Assembly (NCBI RefSeq): GCF_048593235.1
Contig: NC_133620.1
Span: 451,203,261-451,267,260, forward strand
Direction of reading: 5' to 3'
Length of the DNA: 64,000 nucleotides
Origin: Sminthopsis crassicaudata
Lineage: Eukaryota
Shown: piece by piece, positions 13,397 through 24,036 of the stretch
Position numbering within the stretch: the first letter of the stretch is position 1
Layout of the letters: every line of letters starts with the position of its first letter
Notes under the pieces: model-generated
Seen by the model: the letters and a program-made list of their open reading frames with translations, nothing else
Told to the model about the DNA's origin: nothing
The model's database searches: none
Made by a program: the position numbers and the translations under genes

Positions 13397-14869
13397 GGCT
13401 GCAAATATAAAAAGTCCTTGCCTCAGCTACTCTTCAGTGACTGGAGGAAGGTCCTCCTCCCCGCAAGGGCAAAATGCCTAGCGTTCTGAAATCACTTGTC
13501 CACACCGGCCTTCCCTCAGAGGAAAGATGCTTGAGGCTGAGGGGTGACGCCAGCTAGTAGGAATGGCAGCTGCCACCAGAAGAACAAAGGGCAGAATTTA
13601 TTCCAGGGAGGAATAAAGTCCACCTGCCATGCTGGGTGGATGACTAATGAACATGCGTTATGGAGCCCACCCAGGGATCTCAGAATCCCTAAACAAAAAT
13701 CGCTAGGATGTAAATCAGACAAGACCAACTGGCCGTCCCATAATACTGGCCTTAGAGCCGGTGGCAGCAAAGAGGAAGGACCTGCGGAAGTGGGAGTGTT
13801 CTGGTGGGAGATGACTGACCCCAGTTTTTAGAGTTGTGTCTAGGACACGCATCAAACTACCCAATCTTGAGGTGACTATCCACTTCCAGCTGGCTCAACA
13901 AGCCACCTTCAGATTTGGGTATTCAGTCTCTAGAACAGAGCTGCAGACTAGAAGTATAGACCCTCCTATTACAAATGAATAAACTGACATTCTGGGTAAT
14001 AAATCAACCCCAAGAGTTGGGTTACTGCCATTGAGTTTCCCCAGGACTTGGCCATTTCTTGAGGAATTTTCTAGCTACCACCTGGGACCAGCTGCTCCAG
14101 GAACATCCTGCCTCCCCCAGATAAGCTCATCCCCTGAAATCTCATCATCTTGCTAAGGCCTCTCAGCACTCCTAGAGGCCGCTCTGACTGGAAGGCTGGA
14201 GGACACAGCAATGAGCTCTTCCCAAAGACTCTGCCAGTGAACTTCCTAACCATCGGCTGCTTTGTGGTTTTGGCCTCCAACATCATGCCATGTATCCAAG
14301 AGGGGGCTCCCTTCATGTAGCATCTCCCCCCATTTGCCTCTAAGTTCCTTGGGGGAAAGGGCTGGCTTATTTTTATTTGGATGCCCAGCTTGGCACCGTG
14401 CCAGGAACACATTATCGTTGTTTGGCCTTCCTTTTTAAAGACCAATAACCCTATGGGACGAGGTCTTAGCTTGCATGTGAACTAGGTTTCAGTAAAGTCG
14501 AGTGGTCAGCCTCACTCTTCCAGAGCCATTCAAGACCAGAATGGCCTTGGCCCTCTCAAAGTCAGACCAAGTTCTAAGGCCCCACAGCGCCTGCTTCAGT
14601 GGCCTTCGTGACCAGAGGAACATCTTCCATAGCTGGGGTGCCCATCATCCTGGGCCCTCGGCCAAAATGGTCTACTAGGGTCCAGCCACTGCACACGATT
14701 CAGTGCCTTGGAGCCAGGTGAGAGTCAGACACCAGGTAAGCCCCAAGGTGGATGAGCAGCCCTGACAGCCTAGCAAGCCCTCACACCAGGGGTGCTGGTG
14801 CTCCCTAAACAGCCCACAGACCCCAGCACATTGTTAGTGGTCAGTCATTTTCTCTTGTGTACACTTCTC

Positions 14870-15065
14870 TGTGGCTCCATTTGAGGTTTTCTTGGCAGAG
14901 ATATTGGAGTGATCTGCCATTTCTTTCTCCAGCTCATTTTACAGAGGAGGAAACTGAGGCAAACAGGGTGAAGCAACTTGTGTAGAATCACACATTCTAG
15001 AATAGAGCTGAACTCATTTTCCTAACTCCAGCTCCAGCATTCTATCCACTTTACCACTTAGCTGC
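14870..15065 (-). mobile_element. CORE-SINE with RTE-type tail (Mar1-like)
   Basis: GGTTTTCTTGGCAGAGATATTGGAGTGATCTGCCATTTCTTTCTCCAG followed by CATTTTACAGAGGAGGAAACTGAGGCAAACAGG. Confidence 0.65.
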
Positions 15066-15739
15066 CCTTAGGCACCCAGTAGGAACTTAATAAATGTTCA
15101 ATTATATATAGAATAAAATGATTTTCTGGAATTGCAAAGCTGAAGACCAGATCCTGGACCTTGGATGATTCCAGCTGTATCACGCTAAGAAGCCCCTCCA
15201 TGTGTCCAGAACCCCAACAATTTTATAATGTCAGCACAAGGCACAAAAACAAAGGGAAAAAGAGTGTATGTCCGTCCCTCTACTCACCAATTTATAGGGT
15301 ACAGAAGCTGAATACTTTACTGGAGGGAGACCCCTCGGAGAAAAGCGCTCAGAACGAGTTTTTGGGGAGGGGAAAGAGGAAGTAACAGGGGTTAAGTGAT
15401 TTGTTTAGGCTCCCATAGCTAATGTGTCTGAAGCCACATTTGAACTCGGGTCCTCACTGCTTCAGGATTGGCATTCTGGCCACTGTGGCGGTTCCAAGCA
15501 CTGCAGGAACCTCTGCTCGGCCTCCCTTAATATCCCCACACTCAGCGCTGGGTCTTTAATCTCAGTCCAGCCGCTCCCGGCTGAATGAACCTCAGAATTT
15601 CTCTGCTTCCTCCCAGGCGCCACTTGCCCTTTAATGATCTCCTCCAAATCTTTCTCTCATCCTCACCCCCCCAAGGATCAGTATCCCTTACTACCGTGGT
15701 CTTTCTGATCGCGAGCGAGTCTTCTCTCAAGAAAAATGT

Positions 15740-17200
15740 ACCGCTTTAAAGCAGAGTCTCTCGGCCCCGCTCAGGCTGGCCCGCCACGGCACCCCAGTGC
15801 GGACCGGCGCGGACGTTCTGCTCCTCTAGGGCCCCTCCTGGCCCCGGCCCCGCCCCCCTTCCCAGGGGTGCACGTGCCATCAGTCGGCAGCGGGAGTCCG
15901 GGCCCTCACCCCGCCAGAAGTACCATAGACCGAACCACCACGCCGCTTACACTTCTGCAGAACGGGGTCTCCTTCCTGCGCTTTCTGGGGGCTCGTGCCG
16001 GGGAACCTCGGCTCTAAGGGCCTCCCCCCGGGTGGGCAGGGGCTCGGGGCCGTCCCTACATCCCCACACGCCCGGCCCACTTCCAGCGGTCACTGACCCG
16101 GGCCCGGCGGCCCGTCCTCACCTCCAGAAGCCGCCAGGTGCCCAAACAAGCACGCGGGCGCCCGCAGGTTCTGGATACAGGGAAGGAAGGAAGCTCCCGC
16201 AGGAGGCGCAAGTCGGGCTGAAGGCCCGCTTCTCTCTAGAACGGTCCCATCCCACCCGAAGGGCCCCCCCACCCCTCCCACCCCTCCCACCCCTCCCACC
16301 CGCCTCCTCCTTCGACTGCGTCCGGGTCGAGCACAGGGCAATCCCGCCGAGCCGCTGCCGAGGCGCCGGGCCTGAGGCCACGGTCCCTCCCGCCGGGCTC
16401 TCCGAGAAGCGCCAGTATCCAGACTGGCCCACGCACCTTCGCCGCGGGGCCGAGTGTGGCCCGAGGCTTGCGGGCGCTCCCCTCGTAAATCGTGCCGCCA
16501 CCTACCTGACGCCGGGCCCGCCGCGATGCAAGGCGGGCGCGGGAGACGGCGGCTTCGCTATCCGGTCGCTGGCTGACTCCGCCGCCCGGAGCCGCACGCT
16601 CCCGCCGCTGCCACGGCTACAGCTCCTGTTTACCGCATGCGTCACTTCCCTTTTTGAAATGCCTGCTGGGAAGCCGAGTCTGAAGCGCGATGCGTGGACT
16701 CCCAGCCACGCCTCCTCCAGTCCTTCCGCCGAGGGAGGAGCCAGAAGTAGCTTTCCTTCTTTCTCCGGGATACGGCGGCGGTGGAGGAGGGTTGGGCAGA
16801 AGAAAACACTCACACACACGTGCCTTTGCTCGCTTTGCATGTTGGGGGTTGTAGTCGGGGGCCCTCCCCAGCAGGCGTGGGAACTGGGCCGAGAGGGAGG
16901 GGACTCGGGGTGGAGCCACAGGAGGATATGAGCTCACGATCCGAGCCTGGGGCGGGCGGGGGTCGGGGTCAGGGTCGAGGCGCTCTACTTGGCTGGCGCT
17001 GTGGGGGCTAGAACTGGGGTCAGGGCCGGAGAGAGCCCTGGGGAGACGCTCCCGGGAGGAAGGTAAGAAAAGGGGTGCGTCTGCCCTGGGAGGGCGGGAG
17101 GCTCCGGCCCTAGGAGGTGGGGGCGAGGCAGGGAGGCCGGGCCGGCCGCAGCGCCCCGGCCCGGGACCGCGTAAGTGCCCGGTCCCCGGCCTCCGACGCC
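15740..17200. promoter_or_regulatory. Bidirectional CpG-island promoter of IFT20 (-) and TNFAIP1 (+) with non-coding first exons
   Basis: CpG-dense. Minus-strand donor CAG|GTAGG at 16506/16505 (IFT20 exon 1) and plus-strand donor AAG|GTAAG at 17062/17063 (TNFAIP1 exon 1). GCATGCGTCACTTCC at 16635-16649 is an NRF1-like plus ETS/CRE-half composite. Confidence 0.75.
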
Positions 17201-17214
17201 CTGCCCGGGGGTGG

Positions 17215-17535
17215 AGAGAAGGGAGGAGGGGGAGGAGAAGAGGAGGGATGGATGGGAGGCAAGAGGAGAGAAGGGATGGCGGGAGGAAAAGGAGGAGAGC
17301 AAAGGGAATAAGTAGAGAGATGGAAGATAGAAAAAGGGGAGGAGGGATGGGTGCGGGAAGAAAGAGAAGTGGAAAGAAACGGGAAAGGAGGCAGGAAGAG
17401 GGGGTGGGAGGCAGAAAAGGAAGGAAAAAGGATGGGAGCGAGAGAGGAGAACAAGGAGGGAGGGAGAAAGGACAAGCGCTGGGAAGAAAAGTGAGATGAG
17501 AGGAAGAAATGAAGAGGAAGGAGGTAAAGGGGGAG
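17215..17535. repeat. Purine-rich (GA) low-complexity tract in TNFAIP1 intron 1
   Basis: ~320 nt, nearly all A/G on the + strand. Confidence 0.85.
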
Positions 17536-20500
17536 TTTCCTTTCTGATGGTCCACCCCCAGTGCCGACTAGGGAGCAGGGAGTGTGGTCAGCCTCCTCCC
17601 GAGCTCCCCGGAGGCTCTGGGTGACCTGGGGAGGAGGGGGGCCGGGGCCGCCACGGCCCGGCTGTTGCTGGTTTCTTTCTCCTTCCCGCATCCCAAGCAG
17701 GGCTGTGGGGAGGGCGCTGGTCCAGAGCAGTGAAAGTTCTGTTAATGGCCGCCCGTTCTTCCTGGGGCCTCTGACTGCACCCCTTCCCAGGGCTCTCCAT
17801 TTCCACCGGCTCTGTTGGTTCCCTGTTCCAGGATTTCTTTTCACCTGACTGGTTGAGGCCGGACTTAACACCGAGCCACATTAACCTCTCAAAGAAAGGC
17901 CCCACCAAGTCCGGAAGGAAGTCCACCGTGGGGTCCATGGAAACTTCTTTTTCCCTGGAGTCAATGTCAGGGCGTTACTGTAGCTGGGATCCCAGAGCCC
18001 ATTGGTGCAGAGTAAAGTGGAATTTGTCCGGGAAGGGCTCAGGGGCCCCCAGTGAGTGCTTTGTTAGAGGGGCCACACATGGCTGCCGATGGGCGGGTGA
18101 CTTTCAGACTTGGAAAATTCCTCAACTTTGTGGTATGAATGTGTGTTTTTTCGGCTTGCTTGGAAAGGAAAAAGGAGAAGCTTCCAAAAGCTCTTGAAAG
18201 TCTTAACAGGTTGAAAATCCAGGAAGGGAAATACCCTTTTGGTTAAATGTCACAAAATTCAGAAAGCGGAGGCCACAATTCATCCCTTTCCTTCCTATTC
18301 TGGGATGATTGCTCCTCTCCGGCCAGGGGCGCCTTCTCAGACTCCCAGAGTGGCAATCGGCAGCGGCCTCAGGGGCCGGTCCAGCCCGGGCTCTACTTCA
18401 GTAATGCCCCCCAACAAAACCAGAGAATAAGCCGCCTCCTTTTTCTTGAAGAGTTCTGCTCCAGGCAGAGTCCCCCGGAGGAAGCCGGTCCACTTTTGAT
18501 TCCTTTTCCTTGCTAAGAACGTTTTGCTCACATGGATGTGAAACCTGTTTCCCTAGAATTTGCACCCATTGTGTCAGCTTCTGCCCTATGGGGTCCCAAA
18601 GAACAAGCCCAATCCCGTTCCTCTGTGACAGCCCTTTGGACTCTTGTAACTGGTTTGTCCTTTCTTCCCACTCCCTCTCCCCGACTTTGATCCAGGCTAA
18701 ATAACCACAGTTCCTTCTGCCTCGGGTCTTACAGTTTACCCCAAGGCCTTTTTCCCTAAATTCCTGAAATTGAACAGCATTTCAGAAGTGGTCTGACTGC
18801 ATGAGAATCCATGAGAACCCTCACCTATCTCCTGCAAAGACCATATTCATTTTTTTCCCTAATATTCTGCCAGCACAATATATAGCATGCTGTTAATGGC
18901 AGAACATTAAACCTGCAAGGTCTTTACCCACCACGTTGCTCTCGAGCCATGGTCATTCCCTCCTTAGTCTTGTCCTCTGCTTCCTCACCTGCACAGAGAG
19001 GAGCTGACCTAGGTGCATAGATATAGTCCCTCAGATCCCTGTGATACCATAATGCCTTATCCTTAGCTTGTGAAGCTCATCTATTTGGATCCAAATGTAA
19101 CCCTTTACCTTTATCACTTAAACTTCCTTCCAACATTCTATGCCACAAAAATCTTTTTAGGGTCTGTCACCATCCAGAAATTTGGTCAGTCCCTATTTCC
19201 TAATCACCCATAAAATGGGTACCAAAATAGAGCCAGGAAGCCCCTGGAGCACTTCACTAAACTAAGGCAACATTTCTTAATGCTTCTTCTATAGAACTTG
19301 TCATTCAGTGTCCCGGCCACATAAGCGCAGCTGAAGATCAAATCTTTGCTAAAATCTAGCTTTTCCAGGAGCTTGTCCATTGCAGCACTCACTTATCTAT
19401 TTCTGGGTTGTTTTCTTGAAGTCTGGAATGTCTTCCTGCTATTCAGCCTAAAATCCTTTTAGCCGCAGTTTCTGTTTCAGTCAGTATCTACACCTACCAT
19501 GTGCAGACATTCTGAGGAATCCAAAAATAGAGCATTATTTTTACCCTAAGAGAATTTACAATCTAGTTGGGGAGCCAAGCCTGGTATGTTTGTTCTGTTC
19601 CAAGGGTAGGTGAACAAGCAGGGTATACCTTGCTCATTGTTTTTTTTGGATGGAATTTGTGATTTCATGGATGTAGGGAATTCCCAACAAGGAAAGTTGG
19701 CTCTATAAAAGCAGTTCAGTGAAATGTATTATATGGAAAAGTTGCCTTTGGACCTTGAGAAGTGAAGGGAGTGGTTTGGAGTCATTTAGGACTGAACTCA
19801 AGACAGCCCCCTAGTAATAGTTCTGCTGCCCTTAAAAGAAAACCAGTCAGTCTCTGATGTGCAAGGTTTAGCCCCTGTCCCTCCTCCACCATTCCTGGCC
19901 CAGAGTTCCATGTCACAGTGAATCCCCTGTGAGGGAGAGGGGGGACCCTATGGGAAGCATTTCCAGGAAATAGGAAAGGGCTGGGAAGCCCTGGCCCCGT
20001 CTCTCAGGAAGACAAAGAGAGACAAACCAGAGAATTAGAGGGAACTCCCCCCCCCTCCACTTCAGGTGGTGGTACCTTGATTCTTTTCTTGGCACAAAAT
20101 TCATGCCAATCCTTGATATCACCATCATGTTTAGAGAAATGATCAGATCTAATTCTCTAGGTTTTGAGGACATCCTTCTCTCTCCTGATTCCTCTCCTGC
20201 CTCTGACTCTTCTCCTCACTCTCTCCAGGTCAGTCTTGAGCCTTCTCCACAGCTCTGTCCCAGGCCCACTTCTCCCTTTACATGACTTCATTTGCTGATC
20301 TTATTGGCTCTCATGAATTTGTTTCTATGTTATGTTTCTCACATCCAAGCCAAGCCAAGCCTTTCTATTGACCTTGTTGACAGCTGAAGATGCTGCTGGC
20401 TTGTTCCAATCTTTTCTCTCAAGTCACCTTGCTTTTCATTCCTCACTGACACCCCAAGTGGTGACTCAATTCCTTCACATGTTTGTATCAGAGGGTTGGC

Positions 20501-21289
20501 TTTTCTTGCTTTCTCAGTGTAGGAAGGGAAGGGAAGGAGAGACTATAGACTAGAAAATAAAATGAACTTTTAACAAAGGAAGAAAGCACAAGGAGGCAAA
20601 GGGAGCCAACTTCTTTTCTCTTTAAATGGATGGTTTAAATGGCATTCATCTGAATTCTGGGGGAACCTTCCTAGTTGGCTTGACTAAAGTCAGGCATAGA
20701 ATCCACATCTAAGACTGAAAGAAATCCTGTTTGTCATTTATAATGTCTCACATCTTATTCTGAAGTTTTTTGTTGTTCCCGTGACCTCTGTCATCAAAGG
20801 GTCTTCAGTTTGCTTCCACCTCTACTTGGTCCCCTGCCCTGGATCTCTGAGGGCTGCTAAACCTTTTTCATGGGGGCCTGGAGAGACAAACAGGGTGCTG
20901 CCAGATTGTGGGTGCCTTCTCTTTAGGTCTGCCTTATTTTCCTGCTTCTCAGTCTCTTCAGGTCAATCTTGAGCCTTCTCCACACCTCTGTCCCAAGCCC
21001 ACTCCCATGAGAAAATAATGCCAGGGAGTCTGAAGGGTCACCTTAAGGAGACTGGCCAAGTTCTCAGTCTCACTGAGACTTGGGTTGGCTAAGATCTGAC
21101 TGGTTTATTGCAAATCCTTCTAAGCTCCCAGCTCAGCTCCTGACTCCTGGTGTTCTCTCTTCCTTCTGCCTTCAGTCCTGAGATTATGAGGCTCTGGCCT
21201 CCACCGGCTGCTTACCTGTGACTTCTTCCACCACAGTGGAACGCCCCAGGCCCACCTCCTGCCGTGTGGTCATCTACCTGCAGCGGGAG

Positions 21290-24036
21290 ATGTCCGGAGA
21301 CACCTGCCTGGCTGGCCTGTGCCCAGCCTCAGGGTCTAAGCCCAAACCAGGGGGTTTCAAGGGCGGGGGGATGGGCAACAAATACATCCAGCTTAACGTG
21401 GGCGGCTCCCTGTACTACACCACGGTGCGGGTGCTCACCCGGCATGACACCATGCTCAAGGCCATGTTCAGCGGGCGCATGGAGGTGCTGACCGACAAGG
21501 AGGGTAAGGATCCTGGGCGAACCTAGGCTCTGGGCAAACCTTGCAGGAGAGAGGGGGGAATCTCCCCTTGCATAGACTGGTCTGAGGGTCGGTCAGTGAG
21601 GGCCCAGAAGGAGTGACCTCCCACTCCAGCCACTGCCCAAGAGCAGCAGAAACCCAGGTAACCCCCCTGGATTCTGAAATTCCCAGGCTGGATCCTCATA
21701 GACCGATGCGGAAAGCACTTTGGCACCATTTTGAATTACCTCCGAGATGACACCATCACCCTCCCCCAGAACCGGCAAGAGGTCAAGGAGCTGATGGCAG
21801 AAGCCAAATATTACCTCATCCAGGGTCTGGTGGACATGTGTCAGGCGGCACTGCAGGTGGGCAGGACGGGCACCAGGACCCCTTCCCGTTCATGTGGCCA
21901 CAAGGCTGTGGGTCAGCATGGCTTGGGGGGGAGGAGGGACACCTAGGTTCTAGGCTCTACCTTGCCCCTCACCAAAGTGTGGCCCTCATCAAGTCATCAG
22001 GCAGGTTTCATAGTAGATAAAGTGCTGGGCCTGGAGTCACAAATTCAGCCATAGGGCTGACGAGCTGGGCACCCCAGACAAGTCACTTAGCTGCCACCTG
22101 TCTCCATCTCCTCATCTGTAAAATGGGGATAAGAGCATCTCCGTCCCAGAGTGAAGACAAAATGAGATCTTTGTAAAGGACCCAAGATTTAAAGACCTAA
22201 AAGGCTAGCATTTTTTCCCGGGACCCCCTTTTCATCCTCGGTAAAGTAGGGGGCTGATCTCTGTGTTGCCTGCTCACCCCAGTAAGAGCCACCCGGGGCC
22301 AGGTACCTAGAGGGCAGCCAGCCTCTGTCCCAGAAGGCAGCCCCCTTCTCTCTCCCTCCAACATAGGATAAGAAGGAATCTTATCAGCCCGTGTGCAACA
22401 TCCCCATCATCACATCCCCAAAGGAGGAGGAGCGGCTCATCGAAGCCTCCACTAAGGTAGCACCAGCCCCTGGAGGGCAGCTGGGGGCAGGGGGGCCAGG
22501 TGCAGCCCCCCACATCACTCTTCTCTGCCTTCCCCTTGCAGCCTGTGGTAAAGTTACTCTACAACCGAAGCAACAACAAGTACTCCTACACCAGGTAGGT
22601 GCTGGCGCATGGTTCCCTTGCCCTTCCCTTTGGTCAGCTATGGCCCAGCCTCAGGCAAGTATGAGGGAGGGCGTCCTGGCAGCTCGGGGCCCACTGTCCA
22701 ATGTCTCCTTTTGTAGCAACTCTGATGACCACCTGCTTAAGAACATTGAGCTGTTCGACAAACTCTCCCTGAGTTTCAACGGCCGGGTGCTTTTCATCAA
22801 GGACGTCATCGGAGACGAAATCTGCTGCTGGTCCTTCTACGGCCAAGGCCGAAAGCTGGCCGAAGTGTGCTGCACCTCGATCGTCTACGCCACTGAGAAG
22901 AAGCAGACGAAGGTACCCGGGTCAATGTCAGCGGGCGCACGTCTCGAGGCGGTGATGTCATAGCTCGTGATCAGTGTCGGGGAGACATCCAGTCAGGGAA
23001 GCTTGCTCGCAGAGGGCACAGCAGGAGACACGGGGAGGAGTTTGCAGTTCCCATGGCAGCTGTCCCGGGGTCACAACCAGGAAGAGAAGAGAGATGAGAG
23101 CTTGTCTACAAAAAGAGCCCGAGTCTCCCTAAAGAGGGAGCCCAAGAGGTCAGGGGGTGGTGCCAGGACAGCCCAGGGCATGGATATTGGTCTCTGACGG
23201 GCTTATTCAGCTGCTATGGGGCCTTGACCATTCTCAGGCAGGCACTTTCCCATCCATAATTTCAATCTATCATCACAAAAACCCATCAGTGGGTGAGAGA
23301 GGTCCACCCCATTTAGCCAGTGAGGAAATTTAAGAGGTCAGCTAATTTCTGTAGACCAAAGATACAAAGGACCTTGGAAATCACTTTGTGTGACACCCTC
23401 CTTTGATAAAGGGTTGGGAAAGCAAAACACCTTTCCCAGATAGCCCAGAGAAGATCTGAGGTCTCTGGACATCCAAAAACCAAACCTTCCACCACACTGG
23501 AAGGCAAGGTCAGCCAGCATCTCCCCCTACACCTTCTCCCCCTCCTCCCACATATCCTGTTGACCTTCTGTCAACAGAAGCTGTCTTCTCACAAGAAAGC
23601 CAGAGATTTTGGAAAACACAGGGGAGCACTTCTTCCCATTTCTTAGAGAAAAACTGAGGCCTGCGTTAAGAGGGTTTAGTCCAGCTCAAAATGAGGCTTT
23701 GGTGCTTGGGCAAATTCACAGCAGGTGATGAAGTCACAGAGCTCAGCCCAACAGCCTCGGATCCTCTCTGCAACCCCTCTTGCTTTGTCTGGACCCTAGG
23801 TGGAGTTCCCAGAGGCCCGCATCTATGAGGAGACACTCAACGTCCTGCTCTATGAGACCCCCCGAGTCCCCGACAACTCTTTACTGGAGGCCACCAGCCG
23901 CAGTCGCAGCCAGGCCTGCCCTGGTGAGGATGAGGAGGCCTTTGAACTACGGGACCGAGTCCGCCGCATCCACGTCAAACGCTACAGCACCTATGATGAC
24001 CGGCAGCTTGGCCACCAGTCCACCCATCGGGACTGA
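21290..24036 (+). CDS. TNFAIP1: BTB/POZ domain adapter for CUL3-mediated RhoA degradation (BACURD2), 319 aa, 6 coding exons
   Basis: join(21290..21503,21687..21856,22367..22456,22542..22594,22717..22912,23800..24036) = 960 nt. Translation [15 protein letters not shown]...[53 protein letters not shown]...[23 protein letters not shown], which includes the C-terminal PCNA-interaction-like motif of the family. Confidence 0.97.
22010..22210 (+). mobile_element. MIR SINE in TNFAIP1 intron
   Basis: GTGCTGGGCCTGGAGTCA...CAAGTCACTT...CTCCTCATCTGTAAAATGGGGATAA. Confidence 0.6.

Noticed and set aside
16032-17871. Several 250-310-aa ORFs across the IFT20/TNFAIP1 promoter
   Set aside because: These arise from stop-codon scarcity in the CpG island and GA tract, giving low-complexity Pro/Ser/Leu or Gly/Arg/Glu translations.
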